Positions 58,331 to 64,000 of a DNA stretch of 64,000 bases are shown here, one piece after another (within the stretch, counting starts at the first letter, position 1; the number at the start of each line of letters is the position of its first letter). The DNA is from Escherichia coli. GTDB taxonomy: Bacteria; Pseudomonadota; Gammaproteobacteria; Enterobacterales; Enterobacteriaceae. The DNA is taken from assembly GCF_024298765.1 (NCBI RefSeq), contig NZ_CP101210.1, one strand, 5' to 3'. The translations under genes were made by a program, and so were the position numbers. The notes under the pieces are model-generated. The model was given only the letters and a program-made list of their open reading frames with translations. It was not told where the DNA came from and made no database searches.

Positions 58331-59068
58331 GCGCCATTCACCTGGCATAATCTTTTGCCAGGTTTCATTGCCCGTCAGCGGCTGTGTCGCAATCACCGTG
58401 ACCACATCATTCGGTGTGGTCTGCGAGCTGAAGTCGATTTCCACATCCTGATCCAGCAACGTTGCCACGCCAAACGGCGCGCGGCGGGTGATCCAGTGTA
58501 AATTAGTCGAGCAATACGCCATTACATAGCGCCCGTCAGAAAGCAGCATGTTGAAAACGCCCTTCTGCCGCAGTTCATCCGCCAGTGAGGCGATATATTT
58601 AAACACTGCCGCCATGTTGCCCGGTGTGCGCGGGTAACGCTGCGTTAATTTATGCAGGAGCCAGCAAAAGGCTTTTTCGCTATCGGTTTCACCGACCGGG
58701 CGGAAGTTGCCGGTTTCCAGTGATTTGTAGCCCGTCAGTTGTCCATTATGGGCATAAGTCCAGTTACGCCCCCATAACTCGCGGGTAAACGGGTGAGTAT
58801 TTTCCAGCGCCACCTCGCCCCGATTAGCCTGGCGAATATGAGCCACCACCGAACAGGATTTTATCGGGTAGTCCTGGACAAGTTTGGCGATGGGGGAATT
58901 AAAGCTGGGTTGCGGATCTTTAAATGTGCGACAGCCTTTACCTTCGTAAAAGGTAATGCCCCAGCCATCTTTATGTGGCCCGGTTCCACCACCACGCTGT
59001 ACAAGTCCGGTGAAACTAAAGCAGATATCGGTAGGGACGTTGGCGCTCATCCCGAGCAATTCGCACAT
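58301..59068 (-). CDS. yafJ: Class II glutamine amidotransferase-like protein YafJ
   Basis: Start at [11 protein letters not shown] (N-terminal nucleophile Cys at position 2) within ORF 58301..59083. Confidence 0.9.
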   Translation of the reverse strand: MCELLGMSANVPTDICFSFTGLVQRGGGTGPHKDGWGITFYEGKGCRTFKDPQPSFNSPIAKLVQDYPIKSCSVVAHIRQANRGEVALENTHPFTRELWGRNWTYAHNGQLTGYKSLETGNFRPVGETDSEKAFCWLLHKLTQRYPRTPGNMAAVFKYIASLADELRQKGVFNMLLSDGRYVMAYCSTNLHWITRRAPFGVATLLDQDVEIDFSSQTTPNDVVTVIATQPLTGNETWQKIMPGEWRLFFLGERVV

Positions 59069-59134
59069 GGGTAACCTCCACAACAGCGGGAGCGCATGGC
59101 CCCCGGCGAAGATTGATTTAAGAATTTTCAGGTC

Positions 59135-59265
59135 GGATGTGGCGTGAACGCATTATTCGGCCTACGGTTCGGGTGCAGATTGTAGGCATGATAAGACGCG
59201 TCAGCGTCGCATCAGGCATCAGAGCACAAATGCCGGATGCGGCGTAAACGCCTTATCTGGCCTAC
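59135..59265. repeat. REP elements between yafJ and gmhA
   Basis: ggcatgataagacgcgtcagcgtcgcatcaggc...gccggatgcggcgtaaacgccttatctggcctac. Confidence 0.8.
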
Positions 59266-59272
59266 GCCAGAC

Positions 59273-59851
59273 TTACTTAACCATCTCTTTTTCAATTAAC
59301 TGGATCAGGATATGGATCACTTTAATGTGGATCTCCTGAATGCGGTCGGCATAACCAAAGTGCGGAACGCGAATTTCAATATCCGCCGTGCCAGCCATTT
59401 TGCCGCCGTCTTTACCCGTCAGGGTGATCACTTTCATCCCCTTCTCACGCGCCGCTGCGATCGCTTTGATCACGTTTGCAGAGTTACCGGAGGTGGAGAT
59501 CCCCAGCAGTACATCGCCTTCGCGACCTACCGCTTCAACGTAACGCGAGAAAATATCATTGAAACCAAAATCGTTACCGACGCAGGAAATATGACTAACG
59601 TCAGAAATGGCAATCGCCGGGTAGCCCGGACGGTTTTCACGGTAGCGACCGGTCAACTCTTCGGCAAAGTGCATGGCGTCGCAATGGGAGCCGCCGTTGC
59701 CACAGGAAAGCACTTTACCACCGGCTTTAAAGCTGTCTGCTAACAGGACCGCCGCGCGCTGAATGGCGTGAATATTGGCGTCATCTTTTAAAAAGTTAGC
59801 CAGCGTTTCCGCCGCTTCGTTCAGTTCATTACGAATAAGATCCTGGTACAT
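59273..59851 (-). CDS. gmhA: Phosphoheptose isomerase GmhA (LpcA)
   Basis: Start at [20 protein letters not shown] within ORF 59273..60013; SIS domain ([10 protein letters not shown]). Confidence 0.95.
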
Positions 59852-60090
59852 GAGGATATCCTTCAGCATAAATGTAATAGACAAAATGCAGTGTACCGGA
59901 TACCGCCAAAAGCGAGAAGTACGGGCAGGTGCTATGACCAGGACTTTTTGACCTGAAGTGCGGATAAAAACAGCAACAATGTGAGCTTTGTTGTAATTAT
60001 ATTGTAAACACATTGCTAAATGTTTTTACATCCACTACAACCATATCATCACAAGTGGTCAGACCTCCTACAAGTAAGGGGCTTTTCGTT

Positions 60091-62535
60091 ATGATGATTT
60101 TGAGTATTCTCGCTACGGTTGTCCTGCTCGGCGCATTGTTCTATCACCGCGTGAGCTTATTTATCAGCAGTCTGATTTTGCTCGCCTGGACAGCCGTCCT
60201 CGGCGTTGCTGGTCTGTGGTCGGCGTGGGTACTAGTGCCTCTGGCCATTATCCTCATACCGTTTAACTTTGCCCCTATGCGTAAATCGATGATTTCTGCG
60301 CCAGTGTTTCGTGGATTCCGCAAAGTGATGCCGCCGATGTCGCGCACCGAGAAAGAAGCGATCGACGCGGGCACCACCTGGTGGGAGGGCGACTTGTTCC
60401 AGGGCAAGCCGGACTGGAAAAAGCTGCATAACTATCCGCAGCCGCGCCTGACCACTGAAGAGCAAGCGTTTCTCGACGGTCCGGTAGAAGAAGCCTGCCG
60501 GATGGCGAATGATTTCCAGATTACTCATGAGCTGGCGGACCTGCCGCCGGAGTTGTGGGCGTACCTTAAAGAGCATAGTTTCTTCGCGATGATCATCAAA
60601 AAAGAGTACGGCGGGCTGGAGTTCTCGGCTTATGCCCAGTCTCGCGTGCTGCAAAAACTCTCCGGCGTGAGCGGGATCCTGGCGATTACCGTCGGCGTGC
60701 CGAACTCATTAGGCCCGGGCGAGCTGCTGCAACATTACGGCACTGACGAGCAGAAAAATCACTATCTGCCGCGTCTGGCGCGTGGTCAGGAGATCCCTTG
60801 CTTTGCACTGACCAGCCCCGAAGCGGGTTCCGATGCGGGCGCGATTCCGGATACCGGGATTGTCTGCATGGGCGAATGGCAGGGCCAGCAGGTGCTGGGG
60901 ATGCGTCTGACCTGGAACAAACGCTACATTACGCTGGCACCGATTGCGACCGTGCTTGGTCTGGCGTTTAAACTCTCCGACCCGGAGAAATTACTCGGTG
61001 GTGCAGAAGATTTAGGTATTACCTGTGCGCTGATCCCGACCACCACGCCGGGTGTGGAAATTGGTCGTCGCCACTTCCCGCTGAACGTACCGTTCCAGAA
61101 CGGACCGACGCGCGGTAAAGATGTGTTCGTGCCGATCGATTACATCATCGGCGGGCCGAAAATGGCCGGGCAAGGCTGGCGGATGCTGGTGGAGTGCCTC
61201 TCGGTAGGCCGCGGCATCACCCTGCCTTCCAACTCAACCGGCGGCGTGAAATCGGTAGCGCTGGCAACGGGCGCGTATGCGCACATTCGTCGGCAGTTCA
61301 AAATCTCTATCGGTAAGATGGAAGGGATTGAAGAGCCGCTGGCGCGTATTGCCGGAAACGCTTATGTAATGGATGCTGCGGCATCGCTGATTACCTACGG
61401 CATTATGCTCGGTGAAAAACCTGCCGTGCTGTCGGCTATCGTTAAGTATCACTGTACCCACCGCGGGCAGCAGTCGATTATTGATGCGATGGATATCACT
61501 GGTGGTAAAGGCATTATGCTCGGGCAAAGCAACTTCCTGGCCCGTGCTTACCAGGGCGCACCGATTGCCATCACCGTTGAAGGGGCCAACATTCTGACCC
61601 GCAGCATGATGATCTTCGGACAAGGAGCGATTCGTTGCCATCCGTACGTGCTGGAAGAGATGGAAGCGGCGAAGAACAATGACGTTAACGCGTTCGATCA
61701 ACTCCTGTTTAAACATATCGGTCACGTCGGTAGCAACAAAGTTCGCAGCTTCTGGCTGGGCCTGACGCGCGGTTTAACCAGCAGCACACCAACCGGCGAT
61801 GCCACTAAACGCTACTATCAGCACCTGAACCGCCTGAGCGCCAACCTCGCCCTGCTTTCTGATGTCTCGATGGTGGTGCTGGGCGGCAGCCTGAAACGTC
61901 GTGAGCGTATCTCGGCACGTCTGGGGGATATTTTAAGTCAGCTTTACCTCGCCTCTGCCGTTCTGAAGCGTTATGACGACGAAGGCCGTAATGAAGCCGA
62001 CCTGCCGCTGGTGCACTGGGGTGTACAGGATGCGCTGTATCAGGCAGAACAGGCGATGGACGATTTACTGCAAAACTTCCCGAACCGCGTGGTTGCCGGG
62101 CTGCTGAATGTGGTGATCTTCCCGACCGGACGTCATTACCTGGCACCGTCTGACAAGCTGGATCATAAAGTGGCGAAGATTTTACAAGTGCCGAATGCCA
62201 CCCGTTCACGTATTGGTCGCGGTCAGTACCTGACACTGAGCAAGCATAACCCGGTTGGTTTACTGGAAGAGGCGCTGGTGGATGTGATTGCCGCCGACCC
62301 GATTCATCAGCGGATCTGTAAAGAGTTGGGTAAAAACCTGCCGTTTACCCGTCTGGATGAACTGGCGCACAACGCACTGGCGAAGGGGCTGATTGATAAA
62401 GATGAAGCCGCTATTCTGGTGAAAGCTGAAGAAAGCCGTCTGCGTAGTATTAACGTTGATGACTTTGATCCAGAAGAGCTGGCGACGAAGCCGGTAAAGC
62501 TGCCGGAGAAAGTGCGGAAAGTTGAAGCCGCGTAA
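60091..62535 (+). CDS. fadE: Acyl-CoA dehydrogenase FadE
   Basis: Start at [20 protein letters not shown] within ORF 60013..62535 (814 aa); membrane-anchored acyl-CoA dehydrogenase. Confidence 0.95.
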   Translation: MMILSILATVVLLGALFYHRVSLFISSLILLAWTAVLGVAGLWSAWVLVPLAIILIPFNFAPMRKSMISAPVFRGFRKVMPPMSRTEKEAIDAGTTWWEGDLFQGKPDWKKLHNYPQPRLTTEEQAFLDGPVEEACRMANDFQITHELADLPPELWAYLKEHSFFAMIIKKEYGGLEFSAYAQSRVLQKLSGVSGILAITVGVPNSLGPGELLQHYGTDEQKNHYLPRLARGQEIPCFALTSPEAGSDAGAIPDTGIVCMGEWQGQQVLGMRLTWNKRYITLAPIATVLGLAFKLSDPEKLLGGAEDLGITCALIPTTTPGVEIGRRHFPLNVPFQNGPTRGKDVFVPIDYIIGGPKMAGQGWRMLVECLSVGRGITLPSNSTGGVKSVALATGAYAHIRRQFKISIGKMEGIEEPLARIAGNAYVMDAAASLITYGIMLGEKPAVLSAIVKYHCTHRGQQSIIDAMDITGGKGIMLGQSNFLARAYQGAPIAITVEGANILTRSMMIFGQGAIRCHPYVLEEMEAAKNNDVNAFDQLLFKHIGHVGSNKVRSFWLGLTRGLTSSTPTGDATKRYYQHLNRLSANLALLSDVSMVVLGGSLKRRERISARLGDILSQLYLASAVLKRYDDEGRNEADLPLVHWGVQDALYQAEQAMDDLLQNFPNRVVAGLLNVVIFPTGRHYLAPSDKLDHKVAKILQVPNATRSRIGRGQYLTLSKHNPVGLLEEALVDVIAADPIHQRICKELGKNLPFTRLDELAHNALAKGLIDKDEAAILVKAEESRLRSINVDDFDPEELATKPVKLPEKVRKVEAA

Positions 62536-62577
62536 TTGAATAACGGAGCCGAAAGGCTCCGTTTCTTTATCCGCTAA

Positions 62578-63051
62578 TTATTTAAAATTAAAGCCATCCG
62601 GATGGTTTTCCAGGCTGCCGGTCAACGCCGCGAACAGCACCGTTTTACCATCAATAGAAAGCGCATCGTTCACATTCAACCAGGTGAGTTTCTCTTGCGA
62701 CGTTTTCTCATCAATGGTCGAGAACAGCCCCGTCATCTGATTAGATTTCTCGGACCACATCACAGCGATACGTTGCGAGCCACAGTCATGCGGTTTGCAC
62801 GCGCTCATCACCTGATACGTCTCATCTCCCAACGTTACGGTTTGTGCGGGAGTATACGTACCGCCTTTCATCACCCAGGCAGGCAGCTTATGCCCTTGCA
62901 CCATCTGATTAAAAGCAGCTTTGGTGGTTTCGCCCTTTGCAAGGCTGCTAATGGTTAAATCATCCTGCGCCATTGCACTGGTGGCGATGACCAGAGCGGC
63001 GACTGTCGTTATTGCCTTAAACATCATTCCTCCCGGGCTTATCCTGCCCAT
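62578..63051 (-). CDS. ivy: Inhibitor of vertebrate (C-type) lysozyme Ivy
   Basis: 157 aa with signal peptide and the Ivy loop CKPHDCG. Confidence 0.9.
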   Translation of the reverse strand: MGRISPGGMMFKAITTVAALVIATSAMAQDDLTISSLAKGETTKAAFNQMVQGHKLPAWVMKGGTYTPAQTVTLGDETYQVMSACKPHDCGSQRIAVMWSEKSNQMTGLFSTIDEKTSQEKLTWLNVNDALSIDGKTVLFAALTGSLENHPDGFNFK

Positions 63052-63204
63052 GTTATTAACCTCCTAAAGCTTGGCGATAACACGATAATTTGCAAATCAG
63101 ATATTTCCAATATCAGAATTTGTTATCAATTTATTCTGCGCTAAGGCAACTGCCTGATAAGGTGTTAAAGTTATAAAACCCTTCGCATAAAGGAGTTGTA
63201 CACC

Positions 63205-63975
63205 GTGCCTGGTTTGAAGATTACGCTTTTGCAGCAACCACTGGTGTGGATGGATGGCCCTGCCAATCTGCGCCATTTTGATCGTCAACTGGAAGGTATT
63301 ACCGGGCGCGATGTGATCGTTCTACCGGAAATGTTTACCAGCGGCTTTGCCATGGAAGCGGCAGCTTCGTCGCTAGCACAAGATGACGTAGTGAACTGGA
63401 TGACAGCCAAAGCGCAGCAGTACAATGCGCTGATTGCAGGCAGTGTTGCATTACAAACGGAGTCTGGTTCGGTTAACCGCTTTTTGCTGGTTGAGCCGGG
63501 CGGCACGGTACATTTTTATGATAAGCGTCATCTGTTCCGCATGGCAGATGAGCATCTACATTATAAAGCGGGCAATGCGCGAGTGATTGTGGAATGGCGC
63601 GGCTGGCGTATTTTGCCGCTGGTGTGCTACGACTTACGTTTTCCAGTGTGGTCGCGCAATCTCAACGATTATGACCTCGCCCTGTACGTCGCCAACTGGC
63701 CTGCTCCGCGCTCTCTGCACTGGCAGGCATTGCTGACGGCCCGCGCGATTGAGAATCAGACGTATGTAGCGGGATGCAATCGCGTCGGCAGCGATGGCAA
63801 CGGCTGCCATTATCGCGGTGACAGCCGGGTGATTAATCCACAGGGCGAGATTATCGCTACTGCCGACGCGCATCAGGCAACGCGCATTGATGCGGAGTTG
63901 TCGATGGCTGTATTAAGGGAATATAGAGAAAAGTTTCCGGCATGGCGGGATGCGGATGAGTTTAGGTTGCTGTGA
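63205..63975 (+). CDS. yafV: Omega-amidase YafV (nitrilase-superfamily CN hydrolase)
   Basis: GTG start at 63205 with aaggag 9 nt upstream (ORF-track TTG start 63196 less likely); nitrilase-fold motifs incl. catalytic Cys in LPLVCYDLRFP. Confidence 0.9.
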   Translation: MPGLKITLLQQPLVWMDGPANLRHFDRQLEGITGRDVIVLPEMFTSGFAMEAAASSLAQDDVVNWMTAKAQQYNALIAGSVALQTESGSVNRFLLVEPGGTVHFYDKRHLFRMADEHLHYKAGNARVIVEWRGWRILPLVCYDLRFPVWSRNLNDYDLALYVANWPAPRSLHWQALLTARAIENQTYVAGCNRVGSDGNGCHYRGDSRVINPQGEIIATADAHQATRIDAELSMAVLREYREKFPAWRDADEFRLL

Positions 63976-64000
63976 GTGGGTGTTGCGTTTAGGGCCGGGG

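Overview
Enterobacterial (E. coli-type) chromosome segment spanning the proBA-thrW junction. Positions ~42.3-64 kb are conserved core on my reading: thrW tRNA-Thr, proA, proB, phoE, crl, frsA, gpt, pepD, an intact rtcB-like/prfH pair, yafP, dinB, lafU/lfhA remnants, REP clusters, yafL, yafK, yafJ, gmhA, fadE, ivy, yafV. Positions 1-42.3 kb are a large mosaic accessory region abutting the 3' end of thrW, with no integrase visible. It holds CP4-like island genes (alpA-like, yfjI-like, yfjJ-like, yeeP-like GTPase, Ag43/flu with its GATC switch), an apparently intact type IC restriction-modification operon hsdM-hsdS-hsdR, a lactate-utilisation cluster (lutABC/ykgEFG, dld-like, LctP permease), and a dense patchwork of IS elements (IS5, two divergent IS1 copies plus a solo IS1 end, IS2, an IS5 internal fragment, an IS3-family fragment, IS903-like), none with matching target-site duplications. 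Two uncharacterised candidate defence operons sit in this patchwork: a DUF262 protein translationally coupled to a DUF262-DUF1524 (GmrSD-like) protein, and a 979-aa RecD/Pif1-like SF1 helicase with a novel N-terminal domain coupled to a 474-aa helical-repeat/OB-fold protein, followed by a third gene truncated by IS903. A plasmid-like remnant (RHH gene fragment, palindromes, eleven 11-bp-phased ACTACA iterons, StbA/StbB-like genes) lies between them. All calls come from reading the sequence and ORF translations; no database search was run, and coordinates read off the raw sequence may be off by 1-2 bp.
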